From: a virus
Strand: one strand, 5' to 3'
IMG/VR virus record: IMGVR_UViG_3300029893_000004
Coordinates: 11,780-75,779 of that record
Length of the DNA: 64,000 bases
Shown here in pieces: positions 1-8,653 of the stretch; the stretch's first letter is position 1; every line of letters begins with the position of its first letter. The position numbers and the translations under genes are program-made. Below the pieces are notes generated by a model. That model was not told the origin of the DNA. It searched no databases and was given only the letters and a program-made list of their open reading frames with translations.

Positions 1-113
1 CGTCGCGCGTCGCGCTTGTCCAGCGCCGCCAGCACTCGCTCGACCAGCCCCAGCAGGAATCCCGAGAGCCCGCTCACGAACGCGATCCACTCCGCCACCG
101 TCCACTCGTCCAT
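1..113 (-). CDS. Small membrane protein, holin candidate (runs off window edge)
   Basis: ATG at 113 after AAGGTG; MDEWTVAEWIAFVSGLSGFLLGLVERVLAALDK has a hydrophobic helix; directly downstream of the endolysin. Confidence 0.45.
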   Translation of the reverse strand, partial: MDEWTVAEWIAFVSGLSGFLLGLVERVLAALDKRDAR

Positions 114-171
114 TCACCTTGATCCTCCTGGGCTGGCGCCCGGCTATCCGTGCGGCTGCGGCCGCCGTTGC

Positions 172-1038
172 TCAGTAGGCCCACTCGGGCCCGATCCCCA
201 TCTGGCGCATCTTGCGGAGCGTCCCGTGCCCGTCCCACCGGTCGCCGCTCAGGTGGCCGTGCGCGTAGACGCCCGGCGGCAGCGTGTCCGGGTCCGCCCC
301 CTCGAGCGTGTGCTCGGCCTTCGCGGTCTTGTACGGGATGCTCCACTGCTCGCACTGCTCGCGCAGCCAGGCGTCGAGCGTGTGCAGGGCCTCCTCGGTG
401 TCTTCGTGGTAGCGCCGGCCGTCCGAGGCCGGCGCGAACGGCGCGGTCGCGATCGGCCAGATCGTGTCATCGAAGTCGCCGCTCACGTCCTCGTCCACGG
501 GGTTGACGACGTCGACGCCGAGCCAGCGCTGGTTGTAGGCGCCCGCGTGACGGGTGCGCTCGACGGTCGGGTCGCTCGTGCGGTAGAGCGAGCCGTACGG
601 GCCGATGATCGCGTCGGTGGACAGGCCGCGGTTGGTCAGCACGTTGAAGGTCCGCTTGCAGGCGTGCCAGTCGACGAGCAGCTCCGTTGCCGCCGGCTTC
701 GCCCGCGTCACGGTCTGGTGCAGTACGATCCCGCGGACCGCCTTCTTGCGGGCCGGCAGACGCGGGAAGCGCAGGGCGTACTCGTCACCCGGCACACCAT
801 CGCCGGACGGTCGCACGAAGCCGGCCCAGCCCCACGTGAGCGGCCCGACGATGCCGTCGACGTGCAGCTTGTTGGCGCGCTGGTAGGCGCGGGTGGCCTC
901 GATGGTCGCCTTGTCCATGGTGCCCGTCACCTGCGACGACGGCAGCAGCCCGCGCGGCACGAGGCCGTGAAGCTGCCAGACGGACACGAAGGGCGAGGCG
1001 TCGCCAGGGCGCAGGGTCGGCGGGGTCTGCAGCTTCAT
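172..1038 (-). CDS. Endolysin: peptidoglycan-binding domain + N-acetylmuramoyl-L-alanine amidase (Amidase_2-like)
   Basis: LRPGD...YQRANKLHVDGIVGPLTW (PG-binding); GIVLHQT, HAGAYN, HGHLSG Zn-amidase motifs; start MKLQTPP after AGGAG. Confidence 0.85.
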   Translation of the reverse strand: MKLQTPPTLRPGDASPFVSVWQLHGLVPRGLLPSSQVTGTMDKATIEATRAYQRANKLHVDGIVGPLTWGWAGFVRPSGDGVPGDEYALRFPRLPARKKAVRGIVLHQTVTRAKPAATELLVDWHACKRTFNVLTNRGLSTDAIIGPYGSLYRTSDPTVERTRHAGAYNQRWLGVDVVNPVDEDVSGDFDDTIWPIATAPFAPASDGRRYHEDTEEALHTLDAWLREQCEQWSIPYKTAKAEHTLEGADPDTLPPGVYAHGHLSGDRWDGHGTLRKMRQMGIGPEWAY

Positions 1039-1304
1039 GGGGTCTCCTTGCGGCGCAGCCGAGCCGCGCGCTCTCGGGCCGCGGGGTGCCGCTCGCAGCC
1101 GTCGGTCGCCTCCTGCGGCTGGCCGTTGATGCCGCAGGGCAGACCCTGGCCCGGCCAATGCGGACACGTCCTGCACCGCGGGAAGGGGTCGCCGAGCGCC
1201 ACGGGCACCCGCTCCCGGCGCGGGCGGGCAGTCGCCCACGTCGCCAGCAGCAGCGCCGCCAGGACGGCGACGACGGCCAGGGCGAGCCACGCGAGGGTGG
1301 TCAT
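1035..1304 (-). CDS. Single-TM protein with Cys cluster (lysis-module accessory)
   Basis: MTTLAWLALAVVAVLAALLLA hydrophobic N-terminus; CRTCPHW..C...C; ATGA overlaps on both sides. Confidence 0.55.
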   Translation of the reverse strand: MTTLAWLALAVVAVLAALLLATWATARPRRERVPVALGDPFPRCRTCPHWPGQGLPCGINGQPQEATDGCERHPAARERAARLRRKETP

Positions 1305-2362
1305 CGCGGCCCCCCGTTGGTGCTGCCGTTGGCGCCCCATGTCTCCGTTGTGCCGTTGGCGCCCCAGTCGCGCGTGACGCCGTTGGCGCCCCAGACGCCG
1401 GCGGGCAGCCCCGTCGGGACGTACTCATACGCGCCCACGTCCGCCGTCCCGTCCGTGCGCGTGCCCACGCCCGTACGGTCGTCGGGCTCGCCGCTGCCGG
1501 TCGCGCCATCGATCAGGGCCGAGCCCGCTGCGAGGCGCAGGTCGCCGCCGGGCTGGTCCACGTAGCCGGGCGCTGAGGTGGTGTCGGTGCCGGCGCAGGC
1601 CGTGGAGCAGTCCGCGGGGGCCGTGTTCGCGTTGAAGTTGTTGTAGGACTCGGATGTGCCGGCGCGGAGCACGGCGGTGCTGGCCGCGTTGTTGCTGAAC
1701 GAGTTGAAGTCCGCGATCGCCACGTCGGCGACGTAAGCGCGTGTGCCCGTCTGGCCGTCGAAGGTGTTGTGCCGCGCCGTGGCCGTGTTGGCGCACTGGA
1801 GATAGGCGCCGTTTCCGCTGAACACGTTGTTCGTGACCGTGGTGCTGTTGACGCACCGCACCGTCGCGGTGCCGGTGACGCCCGTGAACGTGTTGCGCTC
1901 GATTACGCTGTTGCTGGACACGCCGTCCACGCCGTTGCCAGCGCACCCGCTGATGGTCGAGCCGGTCAGGGTGAAGTCGGCCTGTGAGCTGCCGGAGGCG
2001 TCCAGGCAGTGGCTCGTGTAGTTCTGCACCGTCACGCCGTCGACCGTGCCGTACCGCGTGAACACGATGCCGATGGCCGTGGCGTTGTTGCCGTCGAGCA
2101 CCGCTGTCCCGCTGCCGCGGATCGTCACGCCGGGGCTCAGGACGCCCGGCATCGTGAGCGTGAGGCCCGTGCACGTGACGTCGGTGAGCACGAGCTCGTC
2201 TCCGGCCACCATCGCCGACAAGCGCGTCTGCGCGGTGGCGCACGTCTCGTCGCAGCCTGAGTCGCAAACGGTGTAGGTCGCGGCCCGGGCCGGCAGCGCG
2301 AACGGCAGCAGCGCGAACGCGGCCGCAGCCAGGATCAGGGCGATGCGCAGCGCCGCTCTCAT
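1301..2362 (-). CDS. Right-handed beta-helix protein with signal peptide (choice-of-anchor-Q-like C-terminus)
   Basis: Signal-like MRAALRIALILAAAAFALLPFALPARA; repeated I/V-x-N-N-x-F rungs; PGYVD...GDLRLAAGSALIDGA...DVGAYEY. Confidence 0.75.
   Translation of the reverse strand: MRAALRIALILAAAAFALLPFALPARAATYTVCDSGCDETCATAQTRLSAMVAGDELVLTDVTCTGLTLTMPGVLSPGVTIRGSGTAVLDGNNATAIGIVFTRYGTVDGVTVQNYTSHCLDASGSSQADFTLTGSTISGCAGNGVDGVSSNSVIERNTFTGVTGTATVRCVNSTTVTNNVFSGNGAYLQCANTATARHNTFDGQTGTRAYVADVAIADFNSFSNNAASTAVLRAGTSESYNNFNANTAPADCSTACAGTDTTSAPGYVDQPGGDLRLAAGSALIDGATGSGEPDDRTGVGTRTDGTADVGAYEYVPTGLPAGVWGANGVTRDWGANGTTETWGANGSTNGGPR
1326..1393 (-). repeat. 3 x 27-bp-period repeat encoding WGANG
   Basis: ccgttggcgcccca at 1326, 1353 and 1380. 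Confidence 0.85.
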
Positions 2363-3693
2363 CGCTCCCACCTCGGGTACATGCGCCCGAGCGAGCAGGT
2401 GCCCGACGTGGCGCCCGAGTCGCACCAGGCGCGCAGGCACACGAGCCCGCCGGCCGCGGTCACGCAGTCGTCCAGAGCGGCGGCGCCGATGCTGATGGTC
2501 GTCTTGCTCGCGCTGGACACGTAGCTCGGTGACTCGCACTGCGCGCCGCCGGTGCCGATCACCTCAAGGCCAACCGTCGCGGTGCCCGTCGTCTTGTAGA
2601 CGAGCTGCGCGCTCGACGCAGCGCCCGGCGTGGCCGACCGCTGCGGCACCACCCAGCACTGATGCAGCGCCGCGGACTGCGCCGCGAGGCTGGCCGTGCC
2701 GACCGTGTAGACCTCGTGGTCCGTCGCGTCGTACGTCGGGCTGCCGAAGCTGATGTCCTGATTGGCTCCGGGCCAGTGGATCGTGAGTGGGCTCACGTAC
2801 GCATGGTCCGTCGCCACGCTCTCGGCGAGGGCGTCGCCGGCGTTGGCCGTCGTCGTCGCCGTGACGAGCTGCCCGTCGAGCTGGCCCAGATGGGCCTGGA
2901 CGGTAGTCCCCGTCGCGTACGTGAGTCCCGTGGGGTCCGCGCTGACCGCCGAAGCATCGTGCGCGTCCACCGCATCGGCGAGGTGATCCGCGAGCCCCTG
3001 CACTACCCCGTCGAGCGAGACGCCGTCGGCAGCCACGTCGCGCCCGTCGACGGTGCCCGTGAGCGTCAGGTTGCCCTGCACGTCGAGCGCGTCAGCGGAC
3101 TGCACCGCCACAAAGCCGTCCAGCACGAGGATGCCCGCAGCGGAGTGCCGCACGAGGCCCTCCTTGACGGTGCCGACCGGGTCGCCAGACGTGTGCGAGC
3201 GGAGCCGGAGGCCGGCCTCGAGGTCGCCGGCGCCAAGAGCGTCTCCGGGCGGGCCAAGGTAGAGGTACTGGTCCACCGGCGTGTCGTAGTACAGCGCGAT
3301 CCCGGGCGGGCTCGCCGCGATCGCGCTGGTGAGCACGGCGTCGGCTGCGATGCCCAGACCGAGAGACTGCGCCTTGAGCCTGAGCGCCGCGTCCTCCGTC
3401 GCCGTGCCGTCCGCGTCGCTGTTGATGGTGAAGCTCGCGGCCGTGGTCGTCGACAGGGCCGCGGTTGGGCCGAGCGAGACCCACGTGCCCGCGTCGCACA
3501 GGTAGACGAGGCCCCCGTCGTACGCGATCCGCCCGTCCGTCGCCGACGTGCACAGCGAGGCGCCCGGGGCGCCGCCGACCGGCACGAGCCGAATGCCCGT
3601 CGCCGGGAACGTCTCGAGCCCGCGCGCCACGACCTGCGCCTGTGCCGCGACCGGCGCGAGCAGCAGGAGGACCGCCAGGATGCGCGCCATCAT
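2359..3693 (-). CDS. Tail-fibre-like protein with signal peptide
   Basis: MMARILAVLLLLAPVAAQAQ signal-like; fibre-type motifs TGTVDGRDVAADG and HLADAVDAHDASAVS; Cys-rich C-terminal domain. Confidence 0.6.
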   Translation of the reverse strand: MMARILAVLLLLAPVAAQAQVVARGLETFPATGIRLVPVGGAPGASLCTSATDGRIAYDGGLVYLCDAGTWVSLGPTAALSTTTAASFTINSDADGTATEDAALRLKAQSLGLGIAADAVLTSAIAASPPGIALYYDTPVDQYLYLGPPGDALGAGDLEAGLRLRSHTSGDPVGTVKEGLVRHSAAGILVLDGFVAVQSADALDVQGNLTLTGTVDGRDVAADGVSLDGVVQGLADHLADAVDAHDASAVSADPTGLTYATGTTVQAHLGQLDGQLVTATTTANAGDALAESVATDHAYVSPLTIHWPGANQDISFGSPTYDATDHEVYTVGTASLAAQSAALHQCWVVPQRSATPGAASSAQLVYKTTGTATVGLEVIGTGGAQCESPSYVSSASKTTISIGAAALDDCVTAAGGLVCLRAWCDSGATSGTCSLGRMYPRWER

Positions 3694-4073
3694 CGGGACA
3701 CCCACGGCGTGCACCACGCGTTGATGGTCGCGGCCGCGCCGTTGGCGACGCTGATCCGCAGCCGGTCGAAGCGGTAGGGCAGCACGAAGACGTACGGCGT
3801 GCCGGCCGTGACGCTGCCGCTGGCGCTCGTCCACTCGGTGAAGTCACTGACGGCGCCCGCGGGCGTGACGCTCGCGACGCTCACGGTGACGGCCAGCGTG
3901 CCGGCCGAAGTGGTGACCGTGCACGTCGTGCTCTGCCCGTCGCCGATGGGCAGCGTGCCGACCGCCGGGTTCGATGTGGACGCGGAGATGACGGGCAGCG
4001 CCCGGGGCGTCTGGGCGAGCGTGTGCCCGGCGGCCAGCGCGAGGAGCGCCAGCGCGAGGAGGATGCGCTTCAT
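3690..4073 (-). CDS. Small beta-rich exported or virion protein
   Basis: MKRILLALALLALAAGHTLAQ signal peptide; GGAG RBS; coupled to the next gene. Confidence 0.65.
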   Translation of the reverse strand: MKRILLALALLALAAGHTLAQTPRALPVISASTSNPAVGTLPIGDGQSTTCTVTTSAGTLAVTVSVASVTPAGAVSDFTEWTSASGSVTAGTPYVFVLPYRFDRLRISVANGAAATINAWCTPWVSR

Positions 4074-4083
4074 GGGGAGTCTC

Positions 4084-5685
4084 CTATGCGGGGACGGTGT
4101 CGACGACGACGCGGAAGCCGTCGGCGACCATGTCGTCGAGCACGATCTGCAGGGCCTCGACACCGCCGCCCCCGATGTAGAACGGGTGCGCGGGGTCGAG
4201 CGTCGAGCCCGCCGTCGAGGGGCTTTCGAGGACGTAGCCGGAGCGGGTGGACAGTGGATGCGCAGCGGCGCCCGGCGCGGGCGGAGTCAGGCCCGCGTAC
4301 GTGGCCTCAGAGAAGCCCGGCACGTAGTGCGGCTGCGCGGCGTAGGCCGCTGGCAGCGCGACGTGCACGCGGATGATGCCCTCGTCTCGCTCCATCCAGA
4401 ACGGGAGCAGGTACCACGAGCGCGAGCCGGCCGCGTAGCTGGCTGCCTGCCAGTATGGCCCCTTGCCGGCGTTCAGGATGGCGGAGATCGGCGCGAGCAC
4501 GGACGTGACGCGGTGCACGCGCTGCGTGCCGTCGGTGTCCGTGATGCGCATCCAGCGGCCGTAGTGGTGCGCCTGGAAGTAGCCGCCCGGGTCGAGCACC
4601 GTGGCGCCGCTCACGCTCGATGACTGCGCCGAGCGAAACTGCGCCGTCCACGCGTCGCACACGCGGAAGATGCTGTACCACGTCCCGCGCGGCGACGTGG
4701 TGACCGCCTCGATGACCTCTCGGTAGGTGGCGTCGGTCATCCACGAGCCGCCACGCGGAACGCCGTAGGTCTCGCCCCAGGCGTCGAGCGCTTCGCCGGT
4801 GGCGAGGCTCACGTTCAGGTCGGCGCGGGCGTTCTCGAAGTACGAGCGCTGCCGCGTCCAGTCGACCACCTCGGCGCCCAGGTCCGCCGCGCGCGTCTCG
4901 TACGCGCTGCGCGTGAGCCCGGTAAGCGTGGTGGCCGTCTTGCCGGTGTACGTGATCTCCGGGTAGTCGAGCCCGGCGATGACCACCGTCCCGGCGTCCT
5001 GCATGCCGTAGGTGCTCTCGACGCTGGCCGTCGTGGCGTTGGTCGCCAAGCTGGCCGTCAGCCGCGTGCTGTAAACGCCGCCGAGCGTCGTCAGCTCCTC
5101 GCCCAGCGCCTTGACGGTCTCCGCCCGCACGCGCCGGTTGATGGTCGCGTCGGGCCCGTTGGAGTCGAGCAGCGGCTCGTCGTCGATGTCCTGCGGCCCC
5201 GTCGGGTAGACGGTCGCCGGGAAGCGCTTGCGCAGGCTGTAGACGTGCGACGGCCACTGCCGGCGCACCACCACGAGCGCGTCGGCGATCGTGGACTCGG
5301 CGCCGCCCTCGCCCGTGATGCGGATCGAGTACGTGCCGGTCTGCAGTGGGGGCGTGACGAACACGAGCCGCGTGCGCGTCTCGTCCGCCCAGCACGTGTA
5401 GCCCTCGCCCTGCACCAGTCCGTAGCACGGATGGTCGAGCGCGTCGGGGTCGCCGTAGAGCTCGACCACGTACGGGCCGGCGTAGGCCGAGAAGTCGCCG
5501 GTGAGCGTCAGGATCTCGCCGCCGTCGTCGGCAATGGTCGCCTGCGACAGCGAGCCGCCGACCAAGTACGACGGTGAGCCCCATCCGGTGTCTTCGGTGG
5601 CGCCGACGTCGTCGGGCGAGCCGAAGCCGGCGTCGTACCCGCCGAGGTCGTCAGGCGCCCCGAAGCCGGTCTCCTTGCCGCTCAT
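4084..5685 (-). CDS. Baseplate wedge-like protein (P2 gpI-like core) with Ig-like N-terminal region
   Basis: ATGEALDAWGETYGVPRG..MTDATYR motif typical of baseplate wedge proteins; located in the tail module. Confidence 0.6.
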   Translation of the reverse strand: MSGKETGFGAPDDLGGYDAGFGSPDDVGATEDTGWGSPSYLVGGSLSQATIADDGGEILTLTGDFSAYAGPYVVELYGDPDALDHPCYGLVQGEGYTCWADETRTRLVFVTPPLQTGTYSIRITGEGGAESTIADALVVVRRQWPSHVYSLRKRFPATVYPTGPQDIDDEPLLDSNGPDATINRRVRAETVKALGEELTTLGGVYSTRLTASLATNATTASVESTYGMQDAGTVVIAGLDYPEITYTGKTATTLTGLTRSAYETRAADLGAEVVDWTRQRSYFENARADLNVSLATGEALDAWGETYGVPRGGSWMTDATYREVIEAVTTSPRGTWYSIFRVCDAWTAQFRSAQSSSVSGATVLDPGGYFQAHHYGRWMRITDTDGTQRVHRVTSVLAPISAILNAGKGPYWQAASYAAGSRSWYLLPFWMERDEGIIRVHVALPAAYAAQPHYVPGFSEATYAGLTPPAPGAAAHPLSTRSGYVLESPSTAGSTLDPAHPFYIGGGGVEALQIVLDDMVADGFRVVVDTVPA

Positions 5686-5697
5686 GGCCGGCTCCTA

Positions 5698-7725
5698 TCA
5701 GTACGCCCAGCAGCCGAGCCGCCCGATCTTGCAGTCGGAGGTGCCCGACGCGCTCACGACGTAGATCTCGCCGAAGGTGTCGGAGCCGAGCGCCGACGTC
5801 GCGAACGTCACCTCGTAGCTCTGCGCGTTGGCAATGGTCGTGCCCGACGCGCCGCACTCGGCGGCCGGAATCGCGGCGTCCACGATGGTCGTGCCCGCCT
5901 CGTCCGTGAAGCGCAGCGAGCAGTTGGCGTCGTCGGCGGCCGATGCCACGCACCAGCCGGTGCAGCGCACGGTGATGGTCGCCGTGTCGAGGGGAATTGA
6001 CCACTGCGCGACGGCCGAGGCAGACACCGCGCTCGCGCTGGCCGTCACCTGCCCGCGGTCGGTGGCGATGAGCGCCGGCACCGCGTGCCGGTGCAGCGCG
6101 TCGGCGTTGCTCGAGGCGCCGCCGCGCAGCGTGTTCAGCTCTGCGGCCGTGGCGTTGACGGTCACGCCCGCGAGCTGGAAGGTGCCCGACAGGTTGGCGG
6201 TGCCCGCGACCGTGGTCGTCACGCCGCCCTTGCCGATGGAAATGGCCCGGGCCTCGGACGTGCCGATGGTGATGGCGCCGGCCGTGCCCGCGCCTCCGCC
6301 GTTGTCCGTGCCGGCCGGGCCGCCGTTGATGCTCACGTCGCCGCCGTCGGTCGCAGCACTGCCCGCCGAGCCGTCGCCGCCCCGTCCGCCCGAGATCGAG
6401 ATCGCGCCGGCGTCCGTGCCGGCCGTGGCACCGTCAGCCGCTCCGCCGTCGCCCGACGACAGGAACAGGCCGCCCGCGGTGCTGGCAGGCGTGGCGCCGG
6501 ACGCGGCTGCCGCGTCGCCCGCCCACAGGCGCAGTGCGTCGCCGTTGACGCCCGTCGAGCCGTTGGCGCCCTGGATGGTGAGCGTGGTTCCCGTGCCGTT
6601 GTTGATGGTGCGGGCGTACAGCGTCGCGGCCGCGGCCGTCGTGCTGCCGATGGCCCGGGCGTTGTCCGTGCTCCACAGGATGTTGCCGGTCATCGTGCCG
6701 CCGGCCAGGTCGAGGTAGGTGCTGTGCGTGTGCAGCGCCGCGGCGTCCGAGCCGTCCGTGAGGGTCGTGAGGTTGGCGGCCGTGACCGAAGCGCCGATGC
6801 CGTCGAGCGCTTGGTTGATCTCGGTGGCCGTCGCCGTGAGCTGCGTGGCGTTGATGAACACGTTGCCGACCAAGTAGACGCTGCCTGCCGCGCGGCCGAT
6901 GTTGGTCTTGCTCGCGAGCGTGGCGCCGATGTTGATCGTGCCCGCGCTGGCTGCGTCCAGGCCTAGGTTGCCCGTCGAGCCGATGGTTCGCGCGTAGATC
7001 GCGCTCCACGCCGCGGACGTCGTGCCGAAGTCAAACTGGTCGTCAAGGCTCACGAGCACGTCGCCCGCCAGCGTGCCGCCCGCCAGCGGCAGGTAGGGGC
7101 CGGTGGTGGTCAGGACGGTGTCGAGGTAGGTCAGGGCCTCCTCGACATTGTCGGCGTTGTTCAGGTTGGTCTTCGTGTCGGTGCCGACCATGAGCGCGCC
7201 CTCGGACGTCGCGGTCGTGTCCGCGAGGTCCGTGATCAGCGTGTCGTGCTCGCCGCGCAGCGCGTCGAGAGCGTCGGCCCAGGCGTTGACCAAGTCCCAG
7301 GTGTTGCGCTGGCCCTTCGCGGGCTTCACGAGCGCCTCGTGCTCGGTCGTGACCATGACGTTCGTGCAGGCCGCGGTGGGCTGCGCGATGAACGTGGTGC
7401 CGTTGGTCTCGGCGTCGGAGTCGGTCACCTGCAAGCAGAAGCGGTAGGTGCCCGGCAGGTCGGCCGTGAACGTGGGCGACGCGACGTTGCTGGCGCTGAG
7501 CGTGGCCGTCGAGCTGGGCGGTACGTCGACCGTCGTCCACGAGTAGGCCGTGATCGAGCCGCCGTCCGGGTCACTGCCCGAGCCCGAGAGCGTCACGAGC
7601 GCCGGGAGGCTTCCGTACGCGATCGTCTGGTCGGCGCCCGCGTTGGCGGTCGGGTTCGCGGCGCTCGCGAAGGCCGGCGCGAGGCAGATCGCGACGACGG
7701 CCGCTGCGCGGAGGGTGGTGTTCAT
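5698..7725 (-). CDS. PKD/K319L-like domain + Gly/Ala/Thr-rich fibre protein with signal peptide
   Basis: PTANAGADQTI...VTLSGSGSDPDG.SITAYSWT...PTFTADLPGTYRFCLQVTD (PKD); TATATEINQALDG and VNATAAELNTL fibre motifs. Confidence 0.7.
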   Translation of the reverse strand: MNTTLRAAAVVAICLAPAFASAANPTANAGADQTIAYGSLPALVTLSGSGSDPDGGSITAYSWTTVDVPPSSTATLSASNVASPTFTADLPGTYRFCLQVTDSDAETNGTTFIAQPTAACTNVMVTTEHEALVKPAKGQRNTWDLVNAWADALDALRGEHDTLITDLADTTATSEGALMVGTDTKTNLNNADNVEEALTYLDTVLTTTGPYLPLAGGTLAGDVLVSLDDQFDFGTTSAAWSAIYARTIGSTGNLGLDAASAGTINIGATLASKTNIGRAAGSVYLVGNVFINATQLTATATEINQALDGIGASVTAANLTTLTDGSDAAALHTHSTYLDLAGGTMTGNILWSTDNARAIGSTTAAAATLYARTINNGTGTTLTIQGANGSTGVNGDALRLWAGDAAAASGATPASTAGGLFLSSGDGGAADGATAGTDAGAISISGGRGGDGSAGSAATDGGDVSINGGPAGTDNGGGAGTAGAITIGTSEARAISIGKGGVTTTVAGTANLSGTFQLAGVTVNATAAELNTLRGGASSNADALHRHAVPALIATDRGQVTASASAVSASAVAQWSIPLDTATITVRCTGWCVASAADDANCSLRFTDEAGTTIVDAAIPAAECGASGTTIANAQSYEVTFATSALGSDTFGEIYVVSASGTSDCKIGRLGCWAY

Positions 7726-7774
7726 GGTGGTGTCGCAGGGTGGTCGGTGGGCGTAGAGGTGGATTCTACTCGCG

Positions 7775-7804
7775 AGTGTAGCGCATCCGAACGGGTGGGG
7801 TCAA
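7775..7804 (-). promoter_or_regulatory. Sigma70-like promoter for the fibre/lysis cluster
   Basis: TTGACC-N18-TACACT; spacer contains CGTTCGGAT, shared with two other promoters. Confidence 0.6.
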
Positions 7805-7809
7805 GCGGA

Positions 7810-7841
7810 GGCCCGCCCGCAACCGAAATCGCGGGCGGGCC
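7810..7841 (-). terminator. GC-rich hairpin with UUCG loop (terminator-like)
   Basis: 11-bp perfect stem GGCCCGCCCGC/GCGGGCGGGCC; the minus-strand RNA closes GAU-UUCG-GUU. Confidence 0.6.
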
Positions 7842-7842
7842 C

Positions 7843-7912
7843 GTGCCAAGCCATGCCTTGCGCTGCCACGCCATTCGTTGCAACGCCAGACCTTGCCGCG
7901 CCGAACCATGCG
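7843..7912. repeat. Degenerate pentanucleotide (NNGCC) array, 14 units
   Basis: gtgcc aagcc atgcc ttgcg ctgcc acgcc attcg ttgca acgcc agacc ttgcc gcgcc gaacc atgcg. Confidence 0.75.
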
Positions 7913-8056
7913 GCCTCGGGCTCACCACCGAAGTCGTGAACTCGATACGGCGTCAAGAAAAAAGTACATGCGCCGGCAAATCAAAACGGCCGTCAGAACC
8001 GACTATACAGGTGACGACCGACGGTGTAACATGACCGACAGGCAAGGAGGCCAACG

Positions 8057-8653
8057 ATGAAGACGACGATCAGGATGATGGCGCTGGCGCTGGCGCTGGC
8101 GCTGGCTGGCTGCGAGCAGGACGAACGCACCGCGGGCTTCGCGGGGCCGCTGAGCGGCGACGGCGAGAGCTGCGAGCGCACCGCCGACTGCGCGGCGGGG
8201 CTCGTGTGCGTGGAGCAGGTGTGCGAGCACGACGGGGCGCCGGGCGAGCCGGACGGGCTCGGGGGCGCGGATGCGGGGGCGGAGGGGGACGCGGGGGCGG
8301 AGCAGGACGTGCAGGGGGAGGACGGGGGCGCGGGGGATGCCGGGGCGGGGGATGCGACGGCCGAGGATGCCGGCGACGCGGCGGCCGAGGACGCGGGCGA
8401 GCAGGACGCGGGGGGCATGGACTGCGCGCCGATGGTTGACTGGGTGTGCGTCCACCCGAAGGGGTGCGCGTGTCTGCCGCCAGGCTCGTACAAGCACACG
8501 GAGGAGGAGGCGGAGGCTGTTTGTGTCGGGGGGTGGGGGTGCAGCGGCGACGACATGTGCTACTGCGACAGCGATCTTGCGTGGGGCCTGACGCAGGAGG
8601 AGGCCGAGGAGCAGTGCGTCTACTACGTTGGCCCCGACTGCGACGCCGACTAG
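8057..8653 (+). CDS. Cys-rich acidic lipoprotein (moron, antisense to the structural operon)
   Basis: AAGGAGG RBS; lipobox LAGC; two Cys-rich domains linked by GDAG/EDAG repeats; stop overlaps the convergent gene at CTAG. Confidence 0.8.
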   Translation: MKTTIRMMALALALALAGCEQDERTAGFAGPLSGDGESCERTADCAAGLVCVEQVCEHDGAPGEPDGLGGADAGAEGDAGAEQDVQGEDGGAGDAGAGDATAEDAGDAAAEDAGEQDAGGMDCAPMVDWVCVHPKGCACLPPGSYKHTEEEAEAVCVGGWGCSGDDMCYCDSDLAWGLTQEEAEEQCVYYVGPDCDAD

